From Octopus vulgaris (taxonomy: Eukaryota): 64,000 nucleotides of DNA. A model generated the notes under the pieces. The model made no database searches and had not been told where the DNA came from. It saw only the letters and a list, made by a program, of their open reading frames with translations. Where the stretch lies: the NCBI GenBank assembly GCA_951406725.2, contig OX597823.1:56916001-56980000 (forward strand). Direction: 5' to 3'. This document shows, piece after piece, positions 39,773-55,389 of this stretch. Position 1 is the first letter of the stretch; the number at the start of each line of letters is the position of its first letter. The translations under genes and the position numbers were made by a program.

Positions 39773-40925
39773 CAGAACAGAACAAAAACAAAATAATGCA
39801 AACAAATTGACCACACAAAAATTTGTCCAAAACACAAACATCTAGAAGATTCCACCCAAGAGCAACGTCCCTTGATTCATTGATTTATTGCTTTATTCAC
39901 GTGAACTTACGAGAAATCCCGTGAACTAAACGGGGCTATGTTTTCCAAAATGGTGGCGAACACCTTTCTCCACATGATCGGCTTGAAAAATTGTTAAGAT
40001 ACCAGGATATTTTCCAAAGAGCTACTCTGTGCTCTATCTTCCCGAAGAAGTAGCTTTCAAACCACGCCAGAAGATATTTATCTACTCTCTATATTACTAA
40101 AATGGAATAGTTTCCGCCATAGTAAAGGCTCTTGGACAAACGCTTACCAATTACTATCATTTTGATTTTGTGTGTTTTTGTAATAATTTCGCTGCCAAGA
40201 ATTATTACCCAATCTTTAGAATCGTTACCTTCTCTGGACACCTCTCGGTATCTTGGACCGGGAAATTTCGTAGTATGTGACACTAATACAGGTCAGATTC
40301 TTTAACGTTATACTCTTGTTTTAGGGTTTACATTTTCATTGCTACTATCTAGGTATTTTCACCTATACATTTCGTTACAGATTTTGTGTCAACCTTACAC
40401 TTTTCACTGCACACATAATGTAATGAAATTCAATATCTGCCCTTGGGCGTACGTAACCATTCTTATGAATATTTACAATCCAGGCCAAGCTTCGATTCTC
40501 CGTGGAAAAGTTTGGCCTGCTCGATAAGCATCTCTTCAGAAATAATTTAACATTTATTACCAACGCGCTTCAAGCGGGATAGGTGCCTAATTCTGAACGG
40601 CTGGCACCTGTTAAGTCCTCCCGATTCATTAACATTTTTGGCTTCCATTGTCAGTAATCAATTTTAGAATTTGCTTCTTTTGTTGCATTAAATTATACGC
40701 AATAGACGATCCGACCCCACGCTACTAATACAATCTCGTTAGGGAATTAATTTTCTCTAAATTTTCTGTAACCCCATATTTTCAATCGAAGATAATGTTT
40801 TATGCCTACGCTATTAAGTACTAGCACCACCTTATCTTCTGCTTGGTACCTCTGTGTGTGTATGTGTGTGTGTGTGTGTGTGTCTATCTTTCTCACATAC
40901 GCACATGTGCATACAGAGACATATG

Positions 40926-40975
<50 letters not shown>

Positions 40976-41925
40976 ACAAACTTAGAAGCACCGACAGACA
41001 CGGGTCTCCACAGAAAATAAAGGAATTCTCGGACGCAAGATGGCTGTGTAAACAGCTTGGAAAACGGTAAATATCCTTTAGAAGTCGGAAAAAGATCGCA
41101 AGTTAGTCTCTACAGAGAATCGAAACCTGTACCTCTACATATTCATATGTATATATTTTCGATATGTGCATGTGTGTGTGGACGACTACACATACTGCAC
41201 AGTATTTATTTTGTAAAATTTTATTTAGGTTTCTAAATGAAAAAAACAAAACACCGGTTCAAAATGTCGCCGCACAAAGAATTCGAATTCAGAATTACAT
41301 GATTTGCGAGGCTAATTTCTTTACAAAAATGCCAAATCTTACTCTACGGTTTTATTATTAACCTTATCATTATTTTTTTTATCATTAAAATCGCAACCTC
41401 TACCGTGACCAATTCCAACTTAATCACATCTATTAAAATTCATTCTCTGCTGACTTGGACTTGGTCCCCTTCCAAGAGTATATCCAAGAGCAGTCATATC
41501 GGTGTCGGTTTGGCTTTATCTCACAACACCCCAGATAAAATATAGAAAATGGTTTTCAACCCCCTAGAGGTGGAGAATTAATGATTCTTTCAAATTGTAC
41601 AGTAGCAATAAATTGCTTGACGCGTCTTGTTTTCGTTGTTAAGTTGGCTTAAGGGCTCGAAACAAATTACATGTGTGCATTCACTTATCTGTACATAGAC
41701 ACGTGCATACATGTGCAGTCAGAAATGTACGCACTTCTTCATATTGATATACACGCTTGCACAAAGTAACACGTGAACACGCGCACACTGGCACGTACAC
41801 ACAAACACAAAAACAAATACATACACACAAACACACACACACGCACACACAAACAGATATATATTATATATATATTATATATATATATATATACATATGT
41901 ATATATATATATACTTATATGTACT

Positions 41926-41982
<57 letters not shown>

Positions 41983-42012
41983 TACACACATACACCCACA
42001 CACAAATATATT

Positions 42013-42057
<45 letters not shown>

Positions 42058-42354
42058 ATAAGTATCCGGATTGTTGCCATAGTAACGACGCTAAAAGCAT
42101 GCAGAATAAAGACACTAGACACAGATTGACCTGTTGTGCATGTGCACTAAATTTTGACGTTCTAGCTCGCTTCCTCTTTTTACAGCAGTGCTTGGAAGGA
42201 AGGTGTGTAGTGTCTGATCGTTACGCTGACCATGACAGAGGAAGTGGAGCAGATAATCTGCATCAAATGTTGCCAAAATGTTGGCGATACCTACTCAGAG
42301 GCTTATGCACAGTTTTCAAAAAGTTTTCATCGACCTCACTACATATTTCAAATT

Positions 42355-42508
42355 TCGCCCAAGTGCACAACTGGTATCTATTTTATCAACTCCGTAATGT
42401 TGAAAGGCGAAGTCGACACTTGTGGCATTTGAACTCAGAACGTAAGGTCGGAAAAAATGCTGCCAAGCATTTTACACTGCGCGGTAACGACACTTCCAGC
42501 TCGTCGTT
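42355..42508 (-). mobile_element. SINE family A, diverged
   Basis: TGAAAGGCGAAGTCGAC..ATTTGAACTCAGAACG. Confidence 0.7.
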
Positions 42509-45062
42509 TTGATAATGATAACAACAACAACAATAATTACATAATTACAGCCACAATGTTGACATTTTTTCAATATTTTAAACAAAAATTATGAACATAT
42601 AAAAACATATACATTAATCTCTATTTTTGTAGGCTATTGTATATATGTAGTATGTCTATATTTTTGTATGCAGTGTAAATTAATCAAATATAAGCAAATT
42701 GTAAATACCTTGTAACTGCTGCGATAATTATGTGCTGTTAATTGAACAGTGTATTTTTGTATAACTTGGACCTTCCATGTAATTGTTTTTTGTCAAGAGT
42801 TTGTGTAGATGTATGTGTGTGTTTAATAACGTAACGGGCGCGCAAATACACACACTCACAGACGCATGCACATTCATATACAAAATATGACAATACGCAC
42901 ACATACATTCTTACATACAGTCACATACATAAAGACAGACACACACAGGCATACATTCACGCATGTCAGTCGTCACATGTGTATATGTATGTGTAGATGT
43001 GTGTGCGTGTTTAATAACATACATAACGTGGAAACATACACTGTCAGAGAGACATACATACCCATCCACCCATGCACGTATACTCAGAGACACATGCACA
43101 GTCATATATGTGACGTCGTCCTGGTATAAAATGTCCTTTACTATATCGTACGTATCGAACGCTCAAACAGACGCACAATAATAAAAGAATAAAAGTAAGA
43201 CAATATTATAGTCTTTTCATGTTAGAATTAAAAATGAAAAATAAGTGACACAATATTATATCACACAAGAAATTCAATTTGTAGACAGAAATTACAAACT
43301 CCATTTCAGCGTATAAAGCTGTAGAATAAAATAGATTGAGTGAAAAAAACTTGAGCCACTTTGATATATATTTTTCTAACGCACGAACGCTCAGTGGCGT
43401 GGTTGAATTCTCATTGGCTAGTAATGAAGGCTTATCGGCTGGATCAGAACGGTTTTCGATTGAGGGATAAATGTAAATAGTGTATATAAATAGACGAAAT
43501 GCAAAAAATTTAAAATAAGTAAAGTACTGTTACAGGGAAAACGTACAAATAGCGTGAAGATAGATATTTACGCACGACAAAATTGAAATACACAGAAGTC
43601 AGTTTTCGGAGACAGGGGGAAGAGAGAGAGTAAGTGTAAGAAAGAGACATAAACTTAAATAGAGGGAGTATTGCAGAGGGTGAAAATGAGAAAAAGAAAG
43701 AGAAGAAATAAATAGAGTGAGAGAGAGAGAAAGGGAGAGAAACGCTTCAAAATTGCAAAAACGAAAGGAAGAGAGTAGGTTGAAAACTACAGTTTTTAGA
43801 GAAAACCCCATATGTAAAACCCATATTCACAGTCGGTTTCTCAAATTACGTGGGAACTCTGGGCAAAATGTTATAGGACATGACCATCCTTGGAACAAAA
43901 TGTGTGTGTAAAATTTTTTGTGAAAATTGATTGAAAACTATAGAAAGGTATATGTACTACGCACACACACACACACACATACACACACACACACACACAC
44001 GCACACACACACACACATACACACACACACGCACACACGCTCACACACATATTCTTTGTTTTATATATTTTGATAACCATTAAAAGATAAGGATATATGT
44101 GTCTATATTTATCTATCACTTTATTTACACACAGACATATACACACATATACATACATGTATGTATGCATGTATATATGGATGGATGCATGCATGTATGC
44201 ATGTATGTTTTCTTTTTCTAAGCGGTTATAACAGCGGAAGCTGATTACGTCATTTTATCTAAACTGGAATGTATACTTTCCTTGTTCATATTTGAAGTTT
44301 TTGCATTTCAGTAATATTCTTTGATTTTATTCATTCGCGAATTTGATGGACATATAAGAACAAACCAGCTGACACAAAAAATCTCTAGTGAAACTTTTTT
44401 TTTATTGATGTACTCGAAGAGACCCGGAACGGTGGGTTGGTACATATATTGTACCTAATAAAAGTTTAATACGAAATACATCTACTGCTATTAATACATA
44501 AATATGAAATTTTCTGTGTGCGCGCGCGTGTTTGTGAGTGTGTACAAAAATTTTATGTACCTCAATAACTTCTACATCTTTCATTCGATTTCTTTAAAAT
44601 TCTATATACGTTTGCTTCATATCTCAGCCCCGAACATAGGCTACTTAGATTTTCTCCTAGGCATTACCCATTACAATTTGTCTTGGCCTAATGGCCCTTA
44701 ATGTTTTTCCTCGTCAATTGTTTATTCTGTACGTCCACTTTGTTGTTGTTTTTTCATTCGAAGCTCTTACTCTCCGCAAATTTTATATTTCAAAAATTTC
44801 TGGATGCTGCGGTCTTATGAAGTTTTCTTAGTTTATCATTGAAAGCACGACATAGGGATTAATAAAACAGCCGGCAACTGACGAGGAATTATCTTCTTTG
44901 GGTATTTTGTCCTGTATTTATGTATCGTGTATTTACGTACTTTTCACGTGTTGGTGATGTTCTGTACTTCATGTGTATTTTTTATGCATATATATATATG
45001 TGTGCGCATGTATGTATATATAAATGCATATGTATATATGTGTATATATATATGTATGTATG

Positions 45063-45118
<56 letters not shown>

Positions 45119-45171
45119 CATATGTAAATATGCATGTATGTATAAGTGTGTGTGTGTCTGTGTATAAAATC

Positions 45172-46553
45172 AAGATTGTTTGCCAACATAATGCCGAAGT
45201 CCTGATTAGGACGATGTTTACAGATATTTAATCCCAGGAAACATAGTCTCCAGTTGGCTATCAACGCACTATCTGCGTCCTTATAATTTCGAAAAGTATA
45301 TATTTTGAAAAGTATATATTTCGAACAAGAGTCTAGTGCCACCACTCTAGCCGAGCAGTTATTCTGTGTCGATGAAGAGAAATAATTCAGAAACCATTGG
45401 CATATAGGTATTGCTTTCGGATCTTTTCAATTGTGAGGTCAGTTTTTTCAAATTTTTCCTACTGAACCAAACAATTTGAAACTTCGTATACTGGTAGAAT
45501 GTGTCAAAAGTAAACTTAATTGTAAACCAGAATGAAAACGGAATTGTAACTTCTAAGTTTAACATTGTTTAATAATTAGAATTTTAACCAATGGTATTCC
45601 GTCTTTCGGCTTCATATTATTTACTCCGTCTCGACCACCAATTTGGTGACGTAGTACACATATGGTATGTAAACAAATGTAAACAAAACAATAACGATGA
45701 AATTTTTTACTCGGTGTATGTGTATATGTATGAATGTATGTATGTATGAATGTATGTATGTATGTGTGTATGTATCTATGTGTGTGTGTGTGTGTGTGTA
45801 TGTGTGTGTATGTATGTGTGTGTATGTATGTATGTATGTATGTATGGCCGATTCGGTGTTTAGTTTTTTCGAGTGAATACTCGGTGTATGTGTATCTGTA
45901 TGTATGTGTGTGTGTGTGTGTGTATGTATCTATGTGTGTGTGTGTGTGTGTATGTATGTGTGTGTGTGTGTGTGTGTATGTATGTGTGTGTGTGTATGTC
46001 ACACATGGGATGTGAAATGTAAACAAAACGATGAAATTTTTTACTCGGTGTATGTGTATATGTATGTATGTGTGTGTGTGTGTGTATGTATCTATGTATG
46101 TGTGTGTGTGTGTATGTATCTATTAGCTTCAAATGTGCACAGTTGCCTACGTCACAAAACTGCTTTCTACGTCACACTAACAGAATGCAGTAACGTATTA
46201 AATATGAAAACAAGCAATCTCATTGGTTAAAATTCGCAGTTTTAATCTACGATTAAAGTCATAAAATAGATTTTTCTCAAATAAACTAGTTCCAACTTGT
46301 GTCTTGTTTTGAAACACTGTACCAGGATACGAAGTTTCAAATTATTTAGTTAAGTAGAAAGATCTGGGCTCCTGGCCACACAATTGAAAAGATCCTTGCT
46401 TTCTGCTGAGTGGGGACTTTGAGCTCCCCTGTTCGAAAATATAAGGACGCAAATAATGGGTCAATAGTCAGTTGGAGACGACGTTTCCTGGGATTAAATA
46501 ACAGTAACATTCGTCCTAATCATGACTGCCACATTATGTTAGCAAATAATCTT
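45172..46553. mobile_element. Palindromic fold-back element (arms about 45172-45358 and 46403-46553) split by a nested MITE
   Basis: TGATTAGGACGA..TATTTAATCCCAGGAAAC..GCGTCCTTATA versus its reverse complement at 46440-46525. Confidence 0.8.
45419..46395. mobile_element. MITE with GG termini and an 8-bp TSD (Merlin-like)
   Basis: TIR GGATCTTTTCAATTGTG / CACAATTGAAAAGATCC (~90 bp imperfect); TSD TTGCTTTC at 45411-45418 and 46396-46403; internal tandem units with (TG/TATG)n. Confidence 0.85.
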
Positions 46554-46616
46554 TATTCTTGAGTACTGTTAATGAATATTTCTCGTTCAGATATTTAGAA
46601 ATGATAATTTTTCTAT

Positions 46617-46662
<46 letters not shown>

Positions 46663-47370
46663 GTCTTTCTCTCTGTATATATATCTATATATATTAAAGA
46701 AAATTTCTGTCTGTTTGTCCCACAAATCATAATTGAAACATCATCTCATTTATAAGCGTTTTGTCCACTTGAAAAACATTTAAGCTTTTATGATGATAAT
46801 GATTATGATGGTGTGACCAGAGCTAAAGTGCCAAAATATTCAAAGAATCGACACCTTTCAATCTCGCTCTCTCCCACTCTCTCTCCCTCCCTCTCTATTT
46901 ATCTTTCTGTCTTTCAATTTGGCCGGAAATTGTCCTGTGGCGAGAATGGTCAGCGTTCAAGACAATGAAAATCACCACACCATATACATTTATTTGTTTA
47001 TTTATTGAAGGATGGTCTGTTCTGCACAATTAAACACAGTCAATCTCTCTCTCTTTCTCTCTCTCTCCCCTCCACTCTAATGACTGCCACAAGTGAAAAT
47101 AAAAAGCATTCTGGGGTCAATATGTCCAACTAAAAATTCTTCAAGGCTGTGCTCCAGCATTGCCACAAGCTAAGGACTGAAACAAGTAAAAGGTGAAAAG
47201 AAAGAAAAGATAAAAGAAAATTATAAGAGTTGGTGTTTTGTCCACTTTCACTAGCAGAGCGGAACTCTAAAGAAATGGCACTGCTATTTTTTTATCTGTC
47301 TGTCTCCCTCTTCCTCTCTCTCTCTAAGGGAACATACACACACACGCACGCAGGCACATACACACATACA

Positions 47371-47426
<56 letters not shown>

Positions 47427-47949
47427 TATTCATTCATGTTTCAGATATAGCTATTTTTCTAAATCTCCGTTCAGATATAAGTATACAAATTTCTTTAACA
47501 TAAGCAGAGACCATCTGACAGTGAAGCCATACGCACACTAACGCAAATTCACAGCGAAACGAAAATCATCGACACACCAACAAAAAGACAACCACACAGC
47601 ACCTTACTTTGCATTCCTATGAAATAGTGTCGGAATTTCAACAAAAACACTGACACCATTCAGCATTTGTAAACTCATTTCACTATTACTTACTGATATT
47701 CACACATCATTTGTACTTCCATTTCACTACAACTTACTGATATTACTTATCAAAAACAAATCTCATTCCCTTAAACTATTCTTCCATATGATATATCTAT
47801 TTTCCTTCCATTATTGTAACATAGCGTCCAAATTTTCGATAAGCTTTAAGTTTTGAAATGCTGGCAGCCAAACAAACTAGATCTGTATTTGCTCCAGTAA
47901 AGATGTGTAATCTGACTCTGCTCTGTCAACTTCTCTTTGAGAAAACCAT

Positions 47950-50122
47950 ACTGCCTTTCTGACGCTGTCCGTAGAAATATATTTTCACATTTTCACTTCA
48001 CTGACTCCTCCAGTCAAGAAAATTTGACGACAGTACAATAGCGATTATTTGGATTGATTCCCTCTCCTCGGAACTCTCAGTTACCAATGTGCCTTCTTTG
48101 CCATTAAACACTGAACAACGAAGCAATGAAACCTTTCCACTTGAAGTATCACTTTGATGCAAAGCATTCTGACAAGGACAAGCCGTGATCATACTTTTTG
48201 CAACTGAGCTCCTCTTTCAAAAAGCAAATACAAACATTCAACACGCTACTTCAGGAAAATAGTAAACCGGAGAATCACGAGTTGATTGCATTATACAACA
48301 TTGCAGTGCTTGTTGCTAAGTCTAGAAAGTCTCACACAATTGGAGAAACATTACTTCGCACAGCTATCGGAGAGGTTTTGTCAATCGTTATGCCCAAAAA
48401 ACCCGATAACATTATGAAGATACCAGCTAGTAATAACACAGTTTCTCGACGCATCGATGAAATGGCCAACGATATCAAACATCAGCTCATTAATATTCTC
48501 CAGCGTTCTGAATTTTCTATACAAGTGAATGAATCAGCTATTGTGGGCAATCAATGTTTGATGATGGCATATGTTCGGTATTTCAACGAAGACCTTCAAC
48601 CTTGTGATGAAATGTGGTTCACAGACAAATTGCCGCTTGATTCAAAAGGGTGCATCTATTTTTCACATTCTCAAGTCTTTCCTTTTTGAACACAATATCC
48701 CACTCAGTAATATTCTTGCCTCTGCGTCTGATGGAGCCCCTTCGATAATAGGAAGATACAGAGGTTTTTTATCTCTCCTAAAGCATGATATATCCCACCA
48801 GATACTAACTGTTCATTACTTAGTACACCGGCAGCATTTAGTGACAAAAAAATATGAACAGTAGATTGAATGATGCACTACAGTTAGTTATCAAGACTTG
48901 CGAACAAACTGAAGTCCAGTCACTTGTCTGATCGAATTTTCTATCAACTCTGAGAAATGATGAGGACCACACTAAACTCTTATACCATACCGAAGTACGG
49001 TGGTTGTCAAAAGGAAACTGTGTTTTGTTGAACTGTTTTATATATCTTTTTCTTTGAAGATACTCCACTATCCACTTCATTGATGGCTGCAAGGTGTGAT
49101 ATATTTTTTCTTTGTGATATATTCACAAAATTAATGATTTGAATAAGTTATTGCAAGGAAACAGAAAAACTCTCGTTGATATTGTAAATCATTTATCACT
49201 ACTGTCATTTCGAAATTGCTGTTGTTTAACACTAATACTTCAAAACGTAAATTCCATCAATTTCCACAATTTGATTCTTTGAAAGATGAATCGGTTGATG
49301 AAGATTTAACTACATATTGCAACTATTTACAATCATTGAACGATAACATGGTGGAGCAATTTCAAGATGTTATTGCGCTGAATATTCCAAATTGGTGCAG
49401 CAGTCCGTCTGAGGTCGATGCAGTCAATTGCGAGGATGAGTTTTCAGAGGAATTGATGGAATTACAAAATGACAATGACGCCACAATGCGATATCACCTT
49501 AATGGTATCATCAGAGTATATGAATCCCTACACCAATCTATGGAAACATCGGAAATTACCTTTGCTCACCTTTCCTATCTCATACCTGATTGAATCTGGT
49601 TTTAACCATGATGGAACTTTATTTTCCCATAAAAGAATTGGACTGGATGTGATACAGCGAAGAGACTTGCGGCTAAAGTTGACGGGTTTGAAACCGAATG
49701 TATCTGCACTAGCTGCATCGCGCCAGACACACGGTTCTCATTAAAAAGTTTTATTCTTTTCCTTTATAATACAATCATTAATCATTTTTGCATTGAAAAT
49801 CAGTGTAAAAGAAAGTACAAGTTTCCAGAAGTTAATATGTCTGCATAATACAGAGTTAACAATAGAATTTTATTGACTCTAATGGCAAAACTAAACCCAC
49901 AATAGGGGATTTATAAACAACCGCATATTTAGGCCAAACCATACTAACAGGGCAACGAGTCTACGATATAGTGTATGTGTCAAATGATACAGGGGGTGGG
50001 AGTCCTGGGGAATTTTGTGTTGGTGGGTGTCAGGGATTTTTTTTTACATAGGTAGGCTATGGAGTATTTTTTGGCTGATAGGTGGGCGATATTGCAATTT
50101 GGCACAAGTTCGGGAAACACTG
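47950..50122 (+). mobile_element. Decayed hAT (Charlie/Buster) transposon
   Basis: PMCLLC..NEAMKP..H....H, AKSRKSHTIGETL, SNNTVSRRI, FSIQVNES, SDGAPS, HYLVHRQHL, LLYHTEVRWLSKG, FPISYLIESGF, DLRLKL; right TIR GGGAAACACTG ends at 50122; left TIR not found. Confidence 0.92.
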
Positions 50123-50707
50123 ATTAAGCATTGAAACATATATTTAAATATCTTTTCTTTCTGCTTCCATCTCAGTATTTTCTATCTTCGCATATATTTT
50201 TGCTGAAGTCTTGCTGTTGTTTCTAGCATATGGAATGTCCCAGTTTAATGGACCCTTTGTATGTGTCTTGTTTTGCGTGACAAATAAGTGTAAAATTTAT
50301 AGACTGAAGTTAATTTCAGAAGTACAGTAGATTGGAGGGGCATTTGGCTGCTATTTCAAACAACTCTAGCTACCATGTACACTTTGATTTTCATCGGCTC
50401 ATATACAAATATGAATGGAGTTACGTGAGGCAGTACGGCGTTGTTTCAATGTAGATTTGGCTGCTATTTCTAGCAGCTCTTGCTTTCATTTACTTCTTAT
50501 ATGTCATGAATTTAGTTTTCTTTTAAAATTATACTTTAATTTCCATTTAGTTATTACAATCAAATTAATACAACAATGAAAAACAGTTACAGACGCACAC
50601 TTAAATATAAAGTATGCTAGAAACAACAGTTTTTCTAATGTTACAGGTTGACCCAAACCTTGTGAGTGAATTTCATAGATGGAACTGATCAAGCCTATAG
50701 TATATAT

Positions 50708-50939
50708 ATTTCTTTACTACCCACAAGGGGCTAAATACAGAGGGGACTAAGAAGGACAGACAACGAGGTTAAGTCGATTACATCAACCCCAGCGCGAAAC
50801 TGGTACTTTATTTATCGACCCCGAAATGATGAAAGGCAAAGTCGACCTCGGCGGAATTTGAACTCAGAACGTAACGGCAGAGGAAATACAGCTACGCATT
50901 TCGCCCGGCGTGCTAACGTTTCTGCCAGCTCGCCGCCTA
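50708..50939 (-). mobile_element. SINE family A, full length and well preserved
   Basis: Near-consensus match including the TTTCTTTACTACCCACAAGGGG tail. Confidence 0.9.
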
Positions 50940-51570
50940 TGGTATATATGTGTGTGTGTGTGTGTGTGTTAGTTTATGTTTGGTGTGTAGATTCAAGTAT
51001 GCGTATCTACATTTGTACTTGTATGTGTATGCATATAGGTGTGTGTGTGTGTGTGTTTGTGCGTGTGTGCTGGCTCGAGCATATGTCTGCTCATGTCTCC
51101 TTATCTTGACATCAGCAGCTAATTATAAACAATTGTCATGTCATACAAACAGTGCCGTTTGTTTGCAATCTTCCACCGAAAAACATATCCAACCATTGTG
51201 CTGATTCTGTTTGAAGAACTTGGTGAAATATTCTCTTGTTTGAAATATGGTGAGGAAAGGGTGACCCTCATCGAGTGTGGTCATATACTTGACTGAGCGG
51301 GACTCAGAAGAACCTGAGAACAAACAAAATAAAATCATGAGGGGAAAACAACAAAATAATAAACAGAAAAGAAAATACAATATCATCTGATATCATCTTC
51401 ATCATTATAAACGTTTTGACATCCACATTTTATAATTGGTATGGGTAGGACAGTTGAAGAGGAATCAGTGAGCCAGAGGACTTTGCTGAGCTCCACTGAA
51501 AGATTTGGCAAGATTTCTACTGCTGGATGATCTTCCTAACACCAAATGCACACACATACACAAACACACA

Positions 51571-51696
<126 letters not shown>

Positions 51697-52208
51697 TGTG
51701 TGTGTGTGTGTGCATATGCGTGCATCAGAGTATATGAAGGTATAAACATGGTTTTACTTATGGTTGATTTGACAATCTGATTTTGCTAGCATGGGTTAGA
51801 TGAATATATCATTGTAGCATAGTTTTTTTAGACTGACAGCATTCCAATTACTAACCCAAAACCATTTTGCAAGAACGAAAGTTCTTATTTCCCATGTCTT
51901 TCAAGGTGGGGGGTGATTGTTTGACAGACTTGACTGCTTGGAGCAACTTAAAATAGATTGCAAACGTGAACATAAGCAAATGCACAGACACATACACGCG
52001 CACGCTCAGCTAGAGCTCACTGCTCCCTATAGCAGAAACAGTTGGAAACTAATAGAGGTGATTACGTAACTCATGTTCTTTTGTCATTCATTAATTCACA
52101 TCTATAAACATATATATATACACACACAGACATGAACATTTATACATGAGTATGTGAAGGTATATTCAGATAATTACACAGGCGCGTTTATGTATATGTG
52201 TATGTAAG

Positions 52209-52239
<31 letters not shown>

Positions 52240-52272
52240 GTGTGTGTGTGTGTGTGTGTATTTTGGAGAAGG

Positions 52273-52393
52273 GACTCAAAATCCGAGAGTTTCTTGCATT
52301 GGCATTTATCAAACTGGTTCTTTGTTGGTATATTACTAGACCCCCAAAGAACTTTGATGAATGCCAACGCATGAAACTCTCAGACCTTGAGTC
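52273..52393. repeat. Short palindrome made of two inverted hammerhead-like half-motifs
   Basis: TTGATGA-atgc-caac-gcat-GAAACTCTCAGACCTTGAGTC and its inverse (TTGATAA-atgc..GAAACTCTC); AACTCTCAGACCTTGAGTCA also occurs at about 13843. Confidence 0.7.
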
Positions 52394-55389
52394 ACTATGT
52401 TAGTTCTGCCAAATTTTTAATAAAAAATATACATATACTTATATTTTAAGTTCTATTTTTTCTGTTTGCACCTATATATATACATATATATATGTATATA
52501 TAGTCTACATCTTCAGCCTTTTAACCTCCCTCTCATTTTATCACACCCCTATCATTCACCCCTCTAACACATATAACTTATCATTTACTTCTAATATCAC
52601 ACATCCTTCATACCACCCATGTCACTGTCACCTATGTCCCTACTGTCATGCCCCAATAACCCCTACTTCTATCTTCTTTCATCTCTCAATCCCTCTCCTT
52701 TTTACTCTACTAGTACAGTGACAAAGATTGGCATTAAATCTCTTCTTTTCACCATTCTTCCAATGAAACTAGGAATGTTACTGGATCTACCTGAGTCTCT
52801 CCCCAACACTCAACCACTACTTTTCATATATTTATTATCTTAGATTTCTCACCCATCCCAAGGTATATGTGAAACCCAGAGATTGAGGTTGGGTTAGTTT
52901 TGTCAGGGACATGGCAATCGTCTCTAGTGATGGTGCCATAAAATGCAGCCAGAGAACTTCGTGCAGTGGTTGGTGCCAGGAAGAGTATCCAGCTGTAGAA
53001 AGAAAACCAGAAAATGTAACTTCAGGCAAGATATTCTTTGAACCATCCAACCCATTATAGCATGGAAGGTGGGGATAAAATGATGATAATCATACATGCA
53101 CACGTACGTATGGATGTATAAATATTTGTGAATGTTTGTTTATGTATATATTATACACATTCATTCATATGTGTATATGTGTATATGATACATATACTTC
53201 TAGATTAAAGTCTAATATAATTATCATGAGAGATTTTGTAAGTTTTTTGTCTCCAAAATAAACCAAGTAGAATGGCACAAGTGAAACATAAATATTAATT
53301 CCAATTTAATTTTACAGCTGAAATGTTTGCAATTATCTGGTTTTCTCTTCATAAACTTTGTTGTCAACAACAAAAGCAGTAACAACAACATACCCTTATC
53401 CAGCTTCTTCAAAAAATATGTTTAGTTCATGTATATTCAAAGAGGTGACATCCTGAAGAAGGTCAAATTTACTTTACATTCCTCCTGGGGTCAACAGAGT
53501 AACAGTCATTATTTTGTAGACCAAGGAGGAAGTGGAGAATCATTCTGATGATGATGATTAAGAGTTACTAGAATGCCATTAAACACCCCACCAATATTTC
53601 CTAATCAACATAATTAAACCCCCAATACTTCATAATAAACTACACCAAGTTATATCTCCTCACCTAATACACTTAATCTGCCAAACAAAATACACTTCAT
53701 CTGCCAAACCCCTTTCATATAAACGTGTTTCTCATTGCTACCCAAACATTGTCTCTTATATTAAATATAATTAAGATGAACCTACTTTTCATTAATTGGG
53801 CTTATTCATTAACCAATCTTTATTACTCCAATCAGGAACAAATAATAATGATCCTCTCAGCATGCTGTGTATCAGTGTGATTATATGAAGCCCCATATTT
53901 TGATAAGCTTTCCAAGTTCATCAATGTTGTATATGATAATTGTGGGGATTATATTGAAATGTTGAGAGATTTACAGCCTTTGTCAGATTTACAACATTTG
54001 TCATCTCCAACTTTATTGATACCTCTTAATCCAGGTAAATATGATGGAAACCAAGCCATCCATGGCTGTCATATCATTTCCATTACATATAATCATTAGT
54101 AATACTTATATTCCCTCTAACTAGCAAAATGTTCAGTCTGTCTTGTATCTGACAACTGTCTATGAAACATAAAGTCTATGTTTTACTAATTGTTCCATGT
54201 TAATGAAGTTTGAACGTGATTGCATGTATATCAATTAAAGTTAATTTTCTCTACTGCGTAGAGTGTCTCGTTATTGAGTACATTTGGAGCAGGGGAATCT
54301 CTTTGACTAATTATTGTTAAATAAATCTAAACTACATGTGACTATTACTTTGTGATGTTGAAAGCAAATATCATTTCCCATGAATTTAATATTGCTAATA
54401 TTTAGACTCCATGTGAGAAATGAAACTTATTAATACATCTTAAAACAGATTGTAATCAGATGTTTATTTCTAATCACTTTTATTCCAACAAAATGTTGTT
54501 TAAATTTTAATTACTCAGCCTTAATACACTGACAGAAATACATAAACGTTCTGTTTGTGTGTTTAAAATAATGAAGTAAACATCATCTCCCTGAAACCTT
54601 AATATTTTCACAAAGCTAAATGTTTTCCTTATATATCATTATAAATTCACTTACTCCGCAGAACAGAGCTTTACGTTACTCAATACCAAAATGGGATGAA
54701 GAAGTTGACAATCAAATGTGTAAATACGATAGAGATGACGGCCCAAGGAATGAAATATCACAGAAACGAGCTTCATCTCGGCCAACAGCAAAACAAAAAA
54801 GACATGAAGAAGACCATGAATAAGAGGGAAATAATGGGAAGACGAAATATTTTGGACAAACACATATTTTATACAAGATTCAATGCATATGAAGACAAAA
54901 TTAATTGGTTGATAAATTCTCGGGAAGAAATATGTACTTTTTTTGAAACGAATAGGAATGGATGAAAATATTTTACTGAAAGATTTTACACAGAGAATAG
55001 AAATTTTGATGAAAGACATTAAAAAAAAATTGTAATCGAGAATTTACAATTTTTGGAAAACTAGAATCGTTCCTGAAACACTATTTAAAGATAAATATTT
55101 TACAAGACAAATATATATTATACCCAATGATTTTAAGAGGTGGGAAAAGGAAATTTTTGTTTTAATATTACACTTTTACTTCGTTTCACACATACATGCA
55201 AAAGCGCTAATATGTTTTTATACAATAATTTATCGTTCGTTATCTCTCCACACACTCCGTTACCACTAACTTCTATAACCTCTGAATTTTCCCTTATCCA
55301 TTTTAAACTTCTTTGGATTTTCCATCTAATGTAATTCCCATTCTCTGCAAAATGTTATCTAAAATTATGGGTAAAGAAAGAAATAGCAA

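Noticed and set aside
40089-40560. KFPGPRY as a possible Gypsy integrase GPY/F remnant
   Set aside because: A single short motif; too weak without a homology search.
45690-46060. Spaced direct repeats (TACTCGGTGTATGTGTAT) resembling a CRISPR array
   Set aside because: The spacers are microsatellite, the context is eukaryotic, there are no cas genes, and they are internal repeats of the MITE.
46684-46730. TCTATATATATTAAAG..CTGTCTGTTTGTCC as a Helitron 5' end
   Set aside because: No matching hairpin-CTAG 3' end was found downstream.
54620-55020. A-rich ORFs (67 and 89 aa) that look coding
   Set aside because: No recognisable family; possibly a decayed transposable-element fragment, but unsupported.
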